Origin: Promethearchaeota archaeon
Lineage (GTDB): Archaea > Asgardarchaeota > Lokiarchaeia > Sigyniarchaeales > SOKP01
Assembly (NCBI GenBank): GCA_048941285.1
Contig: JBHLNS010000020.1
Span: forward strand, 1-49,674
Direction: 5' to 3'
DNA length: 49,674 nt
Below the pieces are notes generated by a model, which made no database searches, had not been told where the DNA came from, and saw nothing but the letters and a program-made list of their open reading frames with translations. This document shows positions 1-8,549 of the stretch, in pieces (within the stretch, counting starts at the first letter, position 1; each line of letters starts with the position of its first letter). The translations under genes and the position numbers were made by a program.

Positions 1-134
1 GCAGTTTTTGTGATTTTAGTTGCTGATTGACCCATCCAATCAACTAATTCATCCACTGCATCACGAGCAACAATAATTGCACCATTATGTTTCATTAATC
101 TTCTAATGGGACTCCAACTAATATATTCGGACAT
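1..134 (-). CDS. Archaeal histone (HMfA/B-like fold), 3' end truncated by the window edge
   Basis: Not in ORF track. Manual translation from ATG at 134: MSEYISWSPIRRLMKHNGAIIVARDAVDELVDWMGQSATKITKTA. The PIRRLMK..GA..V..DAV..L pattern is typical of archaeal histones. GGAGG Shine-Dalgarno at 143-147 on the minus strand. Confidence 0.9.
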   Translation of the reverse strand, partial: MSEYISWSPIRRLMKHNGAIIVARDAVDELVDWMGQSATKITKT

Positions 135-440
135 TTTATATTCCTCCACTATTTTATTATTTTATATAATTTTTATTGAAATTTGTTATTTTTTAAGAAT
201 TTGTTATATAGATATATCTCTTTTATATATTTAAAGATTTTTATTCGAGCTTAGTTTTATGGAGAAAAAAATAAAAAAAATTGAACGACAAAATTCAAAA
301 GTAAGTATCTGATCAATCTCGTGGAAGTTAGTGAATTTTTATGGAATCTCCATATGTGTTTAAATTTGAGATTTTCTACTAGATAAACTCTTCTAAATTT
401 TACTATATATCTGAGATGGTTGCTTTTGAGATATGTAAAG

Positions 441-479
441 AAAAAATAGTTAATTTCTGAAATGCTATTATCAGAAATT
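441..479 (-). terminator. Putative hairpin plus T-tract terminator (or dyad operator) between the 592-1581 gene and the histone gene
   Basis: AATTTCTGA (452-460) and TCAGAAATT (471-479) are perfect 9-bp inverted arms with a 10-nt spacer, followed on the minus strand by ACTATTTTTT. Confidence 0.35.
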
Positions 480-591
480 TTTTAAGATTTCTGACATAAT
501 CAATTTTAAAAAATCTAAACGATGGAGTCTTTTATATTCCTGTTCAAAACGTTATTGATGATTAAAGAGAAGAAATAAAAGATTTTTTAGG

Positions 592-1581
592 TTACCAAAT
601 CATTTGTTCATATTTACAGTTTTTACATTCAATAGGTTTTCTTTTTGGAGGAAAATATGGCAAAATTGCCCCACAATTCTTACATTCTAAATCATAGATA
701 TCGTCTTTAGAGTTTATTATTCCATTTGAGAAAAGATAGTTATTTAAATCATTTGAGATTTGAATTAGGAGTGAAATTATTAGATAATGATTTGGAGATG
801 AAGCAATTATTTCAATTTTATTTGATATAATCTGACCAATAACTAACACATCTTCTTTAATCATTGATTCGGTCCCAAAATACCATAAAATTTTCTTGTC
901 AAGGTCTTTAGAAACTAACTGAAAATTTCTACGATAGAAAAGTTGTTCTAAAATCTCAAAAAACATCTCTGGATCTATTTGGTGTTTGATTCCAATACCT
1001 ATGCCTTTTATTGCTTTTTTAATTCCTTTTTGTTGCGCAAATTCTCTAATGAAACTTGAGGGGACTACTTTAGGTTCAATTATGGTTCCATTGATGGCTA
1101 TCTCTGAAGGTCTTGAATCTAAAACTCTAATTGTATTTCTATTATTTACATAAGTAACTATTGTTCTTATTTCCCCCACATTATCAAGAGTATTTACCGT
1201 GAAATGTAGATAAATTTGTTGATTGGTTTTTTCAATTAATTCATTAATTTCGAAATTTATTTGTTTTATATTTTTCTCAGTCTTTATTCCCGAACAGGTT
1301 ATTGATTGTGGATAATACTTTGAAAAAGTTAAAAATTCGGGAAATTTTATCTTAATTTTCATTTCTGTAACCGGTGCCGAGCTCTGATTATCAATAAAAA
1401 TTGAGTATTGAAAATGACTTCTATATGGTCTAAAGTCAGTTGCTAATTTTATTTTATCTTCTTGATCGACTTTTTCATAAAAGTAAGGCTCTACTTCCTT
1501 AGCTTGAGTATCATCCTTAATCTTAAAGAAAACTATGCCTTGCATCTTAAAGGAACTTTTGTTATTTTCTTTCTTCGCCAT
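592..1581 (-). CDS. Hypothetical protein: Ig-like beta-sandwich plus platform (adaptin-appendage-like) domain and C-terminal zinc ribbon
   Basis: 329 aa ORF. Alternating beta pattern (YSIFIDNQSSAPVTEMKIKIKFP), then an alpha/beta segment, then CKNC...CKNC at the C-terminus. Fold is inferred. Confidence 0.55.
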   Translation of the reverse strand: MAKKENNKSSFKMQGIVFFKIKDDTQAKEVEPYFYEKVDQEDKIKLATDFRPYRSHFQYSIFIDNQSSAPVTEMKIKIKFPEFLTFSKYYPQSITCSGIKTEKNIKQINFEINELIEKTNQQIYLHFTVNTLDNVGEIRTIVTYVNNRNTIRVLDSRPSEIAINGTIIEPKVVPSSFIREFAQQKGIKKAIKGIGIGIKHQIDPEMFFEILEQLFYRRNFQLVSKDLDKKILWYFGTESMIKEDVLVIGQIISNKIEIIASSPNHYLIISLLIQISNDLNNYLFSNGIINSKDDIYDLECKNCGAILPYFPPKRKPIECKNCKYEQMIW

Positions 1582-1708
1582 TTTAATTTGCAGATATATC
1601 TTTTTTTAAAGTTGAATTTGAAATTTCGGAACCTTGATAATTAATTAAATTGTACTCTGATTTATATTTTTTTATACCTTATATTAATTAATTATACTTG
1701 AATGTAAT

Positions 1709-2383
1709 ATGTTTGAAGAATTAGACGCTCTATGGCATTCACCAACAATTAAACCTTCTTTCGAGTTAGTTCATGTTATTTTAGCTCTTTTTATGTTTGA
1801 TGAAAATAAGGATGGAATTGGGAGATATCGTCTGCAAAAAGAATTATTAATTGGTTCTGGGACAGCAAAATCTCTTATCAAAAAATTAAATGAGGATTTG
1901 AATTTTATAAAGGTCTTTACTAATGAAAATGTAATAAAAGGCCATATTCTTACTAAAATTGGTATAGAATTTGTAAAAAAAATAAAACAGAGACTTCTAT
2001 TTATAGAGGCAGGAGAATCTTCGGAAATAAAAGATATCATTATTAAAACTGAAGGTAAAAATTCCTATCTTTGTATTGTAAGAAATGCAATTAATAAAAT
2101 AACAAATGGAATCGAACAAAGAGATGCTGCTATCAAAATTGGAGGTGTTGGGGCAACATGTTTACTTTATAATGGTAAGGATTTAATTTTTCCATCTTAT
2201 TCACTTTCTGAGACCAATAATGAACATATGCTTGTTGAGAATAATATTTTTGAGTATATTTATTCTGTTATTAGAAAAAGAGGATCTAAATTAATAAAAG
2301 ATGATGTTATTGTTATTGGTTTAGGTAATAATCTAGGAAAAGCAAGGTTAGCTACTTTAAACGCTGCATTAACCTTGGTTTGA
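1709..2383 (+). CDS. DUF4443-type protein with N-terminal winged HTH
   Basis: IGRYRLQKELLIGSGTAKSLIKKL HTH; EQRDAAIKIGGVGAT motif recognised from this archaeal family. Confidence 0.7.
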   Translation: MFEELDALWHSPTIKPSFELVHVILALFMFDENKDGIGRYRLQKELLIGSGTAKSLIKKLNEDLNFIKVFTNENVIKGHILTKIGIEFVKKIKQRLLFIEAGESSEIKDIIIKTEGKNSYLCIVRNAINKITNGIEQRDAAIKIGGVGATCLLYNGKDLIFPSYSLSETNNEHMLVENNIFEYIYSVIRKRGSKLIKDDVIVIGLGNNLGKARLATLNAALTLV

Positions 2384-2407
2384 TATTGGAGGTTAGATAT
2401 CTTTTAT

Positions 2408-2896
2408 TTGAAGCATGAAAAGGATATTATTTTATTTATAGATAAAAAAATTCATGAAGCTATCTTAAAATGCGTTGAGAGAGCTTCGCCTAATGAAGCT
2501 TGCGGTTTGATTTTCGGTAAAATACAAGAGATAAGAATGTCTGATAGTGAGAACCATTACTCTTATTATTATAATTCATATAAATTCGAATGTATTGAAT
2601 CTTCGCATAAAAGTCCCGTTGCCTTTCTAATGGATGATTATAAAAAATTATTAGAACTCTCTAGAACGTATTCCAAAGATTATGGTTATCAAATGCTTAG
2701 CATTTTTCATTCTCATCCTGGAAGTGCCTATCCAAGTGGTATAGATCTCACTTATATGGAAAGTTATCATAAAAGCAATGTAACTAAATTTAAACACTTA
2801 ATTTGGACTATTATGAATGCTGAAAGTAAAGATTTGAATGGCTTTATCTTTATTTTTAATGAGCTTAAAGAAATATCAGTGCAATTTGGGAATTAA
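2408..2896 (+). CDS. JAMM/MPN+ (Mov34, M67) metalloisopeptidase, short prokaryotic type
   Basis: PNEACGLIFG and HSHPGSAYPSGID match E-x(n)-HxH-x7-S-x2-D. TTG start. Confidence 0.9.
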   Translation: MKHEKDIILFIDKKIHEAILKCVERASPNEACGLIFGKIQEIRMSDSENHYSYYYNSYKFECIESSHKSPVAFLMDDYKKLLELSRTYSKDYGYQMLSIFHSHPGSAYPSGIDLTYMESYHKSNVTKFKHLIWTIMNAESKDLNGFIFIFNELKEISVQFGN

Positions 2897-2919
2897 TAAA
2901 ATAATTCTATGATATTTTT

Positions 2920-3558
2920 CTAGACTTGTTTGAAACCATCCTTATCAATAGTGCAAATTTGGAGTTCAGACCCCGAGCCAGCATCTCGTTCTTTTGCACT
3001 GGTGATTGATGTTTTTATAAGCTCAATACCTTTAGTTTTTGTTAAATTAGGTTTCCAATCAGCCTCTAATACGCCTAAAACGAAGGGAGAACCGCTTCCA
3101 AAAGAGATATATTCATGTTCTTCATATAAAGTGCCCAGTAGGTCAATTCCATAAAGTTTCCCTGAGGTTTCCTTCAGAGAATAGCCTCCCACTATCATCA
3201 TTGATAGGAAATAAGTTCTTCCTGAGAAGAGAATATTACGACAAATACTTGCCACATATTTTGGGTCTGGAACTTTTTCTTCTTCAACTTCTTTTAACCT
3301 GGATAAAGCACGTAGTTGGTTTACCACATATTGGCAGTCTGCTACGCCGCCAGCTATTGTAGCAGCAGTATATTTGTTTATCTCAAACAGTTTTTGAGCT
3401 TGTTTAGACGCAACAAAATAACCGCCTGTGGCTTGGCTTTCAGTTCCAATCACTACCCCATCTTTTACAATAATACCTACCGTTGTAGTGCCTGTTTGAA
3501 GTATTTCATCAATTTGCTCTTGATTCAATTGCCTAAGATTATTATTATTTTCCATCAT
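2920..3558 (-). CDS. psmB: Proteasome beta subunit
   Basis: Propeptide followed by TGTTTVG (catalytic Thr), GSGS and RDAGSG motifs. Confidence 0.95.
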   Translation of the reverse strand: MMENNNNLRQLNQEQIDEILQTGTTTVGIIVKDGVVIGTESQATGGYFVASKQAQKLFEINKYTAATIAGGVADCQYVVNQLRALSRLKEVEEEKVPDPKYVASICRNILFSGRTYFLSMMIVGGYSLKETSGKLYGIDLLGTLYEEHEYISFGSGSPFVLGVLEADWKPNLTKTKGIELIKTSITSAKERDAGSGSELQICTIDKDGFKQV

Positions 3559-3739
3559 TTTGCGTTAAAGTAGAATCTTTTATCAAATTATAGCTAAGTT
3601 AATGTTATATATTAAATAAAAATTTTGTCTATTTTTACTTTGCTTTAATAAATCATAATTAGGATGATTTTTAAAAAAATTTTAAAGAAATACTTTCCTA
3701 TCCTACCTATTAATTTGGATCTAAATTGGTAAATATTCT

Positions 3740-4117
3740 ATGGCAAGAAGTCAATCTCGAAGTAAACGAAAATACACTGGAAAAAAGTACAAATACTTTA
3801 GAAAGAAACGAAAAAGAGAACTTGAAGGACCTACTTTAGATACAGTAATTGGTCCCGAAAAAAAAAAGAAGAAACGAGCATTAGGAGGAAATGTAAAACT
3901 CAAATTATTTGCTACACAATTCATTAATGTTACTAATCCGAGCACCAATAAAAGTCAAAAAGTGAGAATTTTAGGTTTTGAAGAAAATCTTGCTTCGAAA
4001 GATCTGAATCGAAGGCACGTGCTGACTAAAGGCGCTGTTGTTGAAACGGAATTGGGAAATGTAAGAATTACTAGCCGTCCAGGTCAACATGGTGTTCTTA
4101 ATGGAGTTTTAGTTTAA
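3740..4117 (+). CDS. rps8e: 30S ribosomal protein S8e
   Basis: RSKRKYTGKK...RKKRKRELE and TKGAVVETELG..RITSRPGQHGVLNGVL. Confidence 0.97.
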   Translation: MARSQSRSKRKYTGKKYKYFRKKRKRELEGPTLDTVIGPEKKKKKRALGGNVKLKLFATQFINVTNPSTNKSQKVRILGFEENLASKDLNRRHVLTKGAVVETELGNVRITSRPGQHGVLNGVLV

Positions 4118-4132
4118 AAAGAGTTCTTTTTT

Positions 4133-4861
4133 TTATTCAATTGAATTCTTGATTATTATAGATTGATAAAATATTAATCCATCAAGCAATTGATTAGTAG
4201 GAATTCGTTTTAATTTTTCGTGAGAGAGCCATCTCAAATCATTTTTCCATTCATCTTTTTCAGCTGGAATTGTTTCTTCAGGATTAAAATCATAAGTATC
4301 ATCTATTGTTGTTGAAATTAAAAATGTAACAGAAGTTCCATTCCATCCCTCTAATATTGCGTTTAGAAAAGTCTCTAATTTAATGGGTAATTCAACTTCC
4401 TCATGAAATTCTCTCATAAGAGCCTCCTTTGGCGGTTTATTTAAATCACTAATTTCTAATATTCCTCCTGGAATTGTTGTTGCTCCTGGAAAATATGGCT
4501 GAGATAGTGCTCGTTCACCTACTAAAAAATATCGTTTCTTGGGAGAAAATATGAGATATTGGGTACCAAGCAGACCAATTCCTTTTTTTATTCTTATTTT
4601 GTTTTTTACCATAAAAGTAGCGGTAGAAAACTTCATATAACTACTATCTAAGAAGAGAAGTCTATCTTTAAAATGAAAATTGTCTAAAAATATTAGAGTT
4701 CCATCATAATCGTTAGGATTTTCTTTGATATGTTTATCCCAACAGTTTCGAATTTTAGAATTATATTCAGAGGATAATTGAAATTCTTGATGTCTTACTT
4801 GATTCCATCTAATATTATCTAATGGTAATAAACCTGTCCAAAGTATATTAATGTTCTCCAT
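4133..4861 (-). CDS. NUDIX-family hydrolase
   Basis: PGG...EALMREFHEEVEL Nudix box. Confidence 0.8.
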   Translation of the reverse strand: MENINILWTGLLPLDNIRWNQVRHQEFQLSSEYNSKIRNCWDKHIKENPNDYDGTLIFLDNFHFKDRLLFLDSSYMKFSTATFMVKNKIRIKKGIGLLGTQYLIFSPKKRYFLVGERALSQPYFPGATTIPGGILEISDLNKPPKEALMREFHEEVELPIKLETFLNAILEGWNGTSVTFLISTTIDDTYDFNPEETIPAEKDEWKNDLRWLSHEKLKRIPTNQLLDGLIFYQSIIIKNSIE

Positions 4862-4892
4862 ACATTCTATAACACTAATAAACTTAAAATAT

Positions 4893-5264
4893 CTATTCTT
4901 GAATTTTTATATTTTTCACATTAGCTTTTTTACCTTCTATTATTTCAGTATTATTACTCCCACAATTAGAGCATTTAAATAATTGAAGTCCTGTGAGTTG
5001 TGATTCTCGAGTTAAAGAAACTTCTGATATATTATTACATTCTCGGCACTTAATTTTACCGGGTGTTATTTTAATGTTTAATTTAGCCCCTTCCGCAATT
5101 GAGCCTTTAGTAGCCATTTCAAAAGAACGTTGAAGAAGTTCTGGGACTATAAGTGTTAATTCTCCAATTTCAAGTATTACCTCAGTAATCTTTTTAGCAT
5201 TATATTTAATTGCTGTAGCTTCAGCTACTTTAAAAATATTATAAGCAAAAGCGAATTCATGCAT
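4893..5264 (-). CDS. hypA: Hydrogenase nickel metallochaperone HypA
   Basis: MHE N-terminus, IGELT, CREC...CSNC zinc site. Confidence 0.95.
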   Translation of the reverse strand: MHEFAFAYNIFKVAEATAIKYNAKKITEVILEIGELTLIVPELLQRSFEMATKGSIAEGAKLNIKITPGKIKCRECNNISEVSLTRESQLTGLQLFKCSNCGSNNTEIIEGKKANVKNIKIQE

Positions 5265-5274
5265 AATAGGAAAT

Positions 5275-5571
5275 CTATGTTTTTGATTGTATTTTTCTTA
5301 TTTCTTTGGCAACTTCAAGAAGTAGCTTATTTTTATTTTTTCCTTTTGCGTCAATTATGACTCTTCCAGGATCTTCCCACCATGTTCTAGGATATTTATA
5401 ACCTCTTTCAATTTCAGCATGATAACCCAAATTCTTAGCAGCTTTTACCATTTCTTCTAGATTAACTTTATCTATAGCAAATTTCTTTGGAAGTCGTCTC
5501 CCATTGCTCCGACTTCTTTTTACATCAAAATATTGTGGCCAAAAAATTAAAAAAGGTTTCCTAGTTCGCAT
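5275..5571 (-). CDS. srp19: Signal recognition particle 19 kDa protein
   Basis: IFWPQYFD..RSRSNGRRLPK and KYPRTWW..GRV; lies near rps8e. Confidence 0.95.
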   Translation of the reverse strand: MRTRKPFLIFWPQYFDVKRSRSNGRRLPKKFAIDKVNLEEMVKAAKNLGYHAEIERGYKYPRTWWEDPGRVIIDAKGKNKNKLLLEVAKEIRKIQSKT

Positions 5572-5797
5572 TTAGTTGATAATTAAATTAATTTTGATGA
5601 GAATTATAAGACATAAAACTTTTTAAGTAATTTAAAAATTATTGGTATAAAATTTAAGGTTAAATATATTTAATGATTAAGTACAAAAAAGATTTAATTA
5701 CCAGTTTTCACTATTTTTTATATACACTATCAAATGGATCTCTTTATTAAAAGAGATAATTTATAAAAATATTAAGTAGCCCCATCTGTTTGTTAAA

Positions 5798-5871
5798 GGG
5801 AGGGTAGTCTAGCTTGGTATGATACTCGGCTGGGGGCCGAGTGGTCGGGGGTTCAATTCCCCCCTCTCCCA
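5798..5871 (+). tRNA. tRNA-Pro(GGG), no intron
   Basis: Acceptor GGGAGGG/CTCTCCC; anticodon arm CTCGG-CTGGGGG-CCGAG; T arm GGGGG-TTCAATT-CCCCC. TATA-like TTTATAAA at about 5760-5767. Confidence 0.95.
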
Positions 5872-5988
5872 TACATTTATTTTATTTTTGGCTTTATTCA
5901 TAAATAGACTATAAATTACTTTTCTTTTAGCATCTCTAAATTTTTTATAATTTAACGTTATTTTTTATGAAAATTATATAAAAAAATA

Positions 5989-6213
5989 ATGAGGTTATTA
6001 AAAATCTTAGAATTTGAAGATATTCAGGATTGTGAATGGGCACATGATTGGAATACCATTGTTGAGCTATTTGATATTGTTAACAAATTGAAAGAGTTAT
6101 TTAATCGTTTAGATGTAACATATCTTCGTGAAGTAGAGCAGCGAATTTTAAGCTTAAATCTTGAAAAGTATATATGTTCTCTACAAAATTATATCATTGA
6201 AAAATACTCTTAA
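5989..6213 (+). CDS. Small helical hypothetical protein
   Basis: 74 aa ATG-started ORF with protein-like composition in an otherwise empty gap. Confidence 0.7.
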   Translation: MRLLKILEFEDIQDCEWAHDWNTIVELFDIVNKLKELFNRLDVTYLREVEQRILSLNLEKYICSLQNYIIEKYS

Positions 6214-6348
6214 TTTCAAACCTAACGCAAATACACAACACCTTCTCTCCAATATATTAATGGAATTGTATTTATATTGTCAAAATTTATAAGTACATCA
6301 AGTTTATTTTTTGATAAAATATAGATAAAAAACAAAGTTGATTATAAA

Positions 6349-6651
6349 GTGCCATGGAGCAAGTTACAAGAATCTGATGTATTTATGAGAGTTGTAGCAA
6401 TTGCTGGAGGTATTATTGCCCTAATAGAATCATTATTACACTTGATAGGTATTTTCGAATTTTGGACTCTTGGATGGGTTATTGAAGTTATTGCTATAGT
6501 CCTCGCAATTTTGCCTATTTTATTAGGAATAAAACCAATTCAATATACTCCTACATTTTTGGGTATTATAGGACTTCTTTTGATCATATTTTCAGTATTG
6601 ATTGGGGGTATAGTGGTACTTCTCGCAACAATCATTGGAGCTATTACTTAA
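6349..6651 (+). CDS. Small integral membrane protein
   Basis: 100 aa with 3-4 hydrophobic segments. Confidence 0.75.
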   Translation: MPWSKLQESDVFMRVVAIAGGIIALIESLLHLIGIFEFWTLGWVIEVIAIVLAILPILLGIKPIQYTPTFLGIIGLLLIIFSVLIGGIVVLLATIIGAIT

Positions 6652-6760
6652 TTCTCTATAATTTTTTTTTTTTAAAATTTTTGAAAAGTATCATTTAATA
6701 TTCTATGCTTTATCAAATTGGTTATTAATTAATCAGAAAAATAATTACTTAAGATCTAAT

Positions 6761-7636
6761 ATGAATATGCGAACATTAGGAAGAACAGGTTTAGAGGTTA
6801 GTGAAATCGGCTTAGGAACGGAGTATCTACTTAGACAATCAAAGAAGACCATTGTTTCTGTAATACGTGAAGCCATCGAGAATGGAATTAATTATTTTGA
6901 TATTGTTTTTAATGTATCTGAATACATTGATAATATCTGTGCAGGGATTAAGGATTATAGAGATGAAGTTATACTCACTTCTCATTTAGGGTCTGTGGAA
7001 CAAAATGGTAGAGTTCGAAGAACTCGCAATATTAAGGATTGCGAAAACACATTTTTGAAAACTCTGCTTAAATTTGCAAATGGTTTTATAGATATCGTTA
7101 ATTTGCAATTTGTTAAAGAAAGCGAATTTGAAAAAATAATAGCACCTGGAGGATTACTGGATTTAGCTCAAAAATTACAGGAAGAAGGGAAAGCACAATT
7201 TATCGGAATTAGTACTCATAATGCATCTGTTGGACAAAAAGCAGCAAAAGATGGTCATTTTGATATGATAATGAATCAGATTAACATATTAAATCATAAT
7301 ATGAAGGAGAGAGAAAGTTTTTTGAATACTTGTAAAGAAGAAAATATAGGTGTTGTAGCGATTAAACCATTTGCGGGAGGTAAACTTTTGCAAAGAAATC
7401 GTACAGTAAATATAGCAAAATATCAATCTGGAGGAATAAGTTTGAAAAAGAAGATACCAAAAGATATATCTCCAATTAAATGTTTAAATTATACACTTTC
7501 ACAAATTGGAGTCTCAACCACTGTACCTGGGGTAAAAAATGTTCAAGAATTAAGGGAAATTCTTGCTTATATGAATGTATCAGAAGAGGAAAAGGATTAC
7601 ACTGCTTTAATCAAGATTTTTGAAAATAACAGCTGA
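6761..7636 (+). CDS. Aldo/keto reductase family protein
   Basis: RTLGRTGLEVSEIGLG, GINYFD, IGISTH and KPFAGG motifs. Confidence 0.9.
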   Translation: MNMRTLGRTGLEVSEIGLGTEYLLRQSKKTIVSVIREAIENGINYFDIVFNVSEYIDNICAGIKDYRDEVILTSHLGSVEQNGRVRRTRNIKDCENTFLKTLLKFANGFIDIVNLQFVKESEFEKIIAPGGLLDLAQKLQEEGKAQFIGISTHNASVGQKAAKDGHFDMIMNQINILNHNMKERESFLNTCKEENIGVVAIKPFAGGKLLQRNRTVNIAKYQSGGISLKKKIPKDISPIKCLNYTLSQIGVSTTVPGVKNVQELREILAYMNVSEEEKDYTALIKIFENNS

Positions 7637-7667
7637 AAGCATTAATGATCAAAAATGGAAAAAAGGG

Positions 7668-8537
7668 CTATTTGCTTAATGTAAGTGCTAAAACTAAGGC
7701 ACCATAATATTCTGAATGGCCACCAACTCGAGAGGTATCAATAATTGTTTTATCAATTCCCATATAAATGGCACCGTACGCTTTGCCTCCACCTAAATGA
7801 ACTAATGTACGATATATTAAATTTCCAGAAATTCCATTAGGTGCAACAATTAGGGTCGAATTATTCTCGATAGCATTTTCTATTAATATTTCATCATGAA
7901 AAATCATTAATTTTGGGTATTTCTCCTTCATTATATCAACAATTTTATCTGCTTCTTGCAGTGATTGGTTTATTTTTTCTTCCCTTCCAATATCATCAAA
8001 TCTTCCTCCACTTAAAATACTTATTTTGGGGATAATCTCAATTTCTCGCAATTCTTTAAGAGCAGATTCTATAAAAATGATTTTGTCTCTTAGATTGTTA
8101 CATTCGTCAATACCAACTGGACCGTAGAAAAATTGGTCCTCTTGAATTGTTTCTAATATTGCTAATCTATTGATTTTTGTAATATTTAGGTCTTGCTTGA
8201 GATTTTTTAGAAATTTGCTAGAACTTAATGATCCTCTTACAATCGCTTGAATTGAGTTTTCTTTTAAAGAGTGGATAATAGATTTTTCAGGATTTTGGCA
8301 TTCAATTAACTTTATTCGTGAAATTTCTTTATTTTGGGCTGTTTGAGAGAGTAATATATCTAAAGAGTCTTTTTTTCCAAAAAAATAAATAAAAGAATTA
8401 TAATTTTTTAAAAAATCTAAACTTGCTATTAATATTTTGTGATTATCGATTTTATTATCTCCTAACCCAATCCCAATATTGATTGATTTTTTCTTTTTAG
8501 CCAACAATTCATATTTTTGGAAGATTTTCATATTCAA
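7668..8537 (-). CDS. mtxX: MtxX family (methanogenesis marker protein 4), phosphotransacetylase-like fold
   Basis: VRGSLSS, PVGIDE, LSGGR..D.GR, GISGNLIYRTLVHLGGGKAYGA and DTSR motifs. Confidence 0.85.
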   Translation of the reverse strand: MNMKIFQKYELLAKKKKSINIGIGLGDNKIDNHKILIASLDFLKNYNSFIYFFGKKDSLDILLSQTAQNKEISRIKLIECQNPEKSIIHSLKENSIQAIVRGSLSSSKFLKNLKQDLNITKINRLAILETIQEDQFFYGPVGIDECNNLRDKIIFIESALKELREIEIIPKISILSGGRFDDIGREEKINQSLQEADKIVDIMKEKYPKLMIFHDEILIENAIENNSTLIVAPNGISGNLIYRTLVHLGGGKAYGAIYMGIDKTIIDTSRVGGHSEYYGALVLALTLSK

Positions 8538-8549
8538 TAGTTTCGTAAT

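Noticed and set aside
259-312. Tiny ORF MEKKIKKIERQNSKVSI upstream of the histone gene
   Set aside because: 17 codons in AT-rich DNA with no supporting signal.
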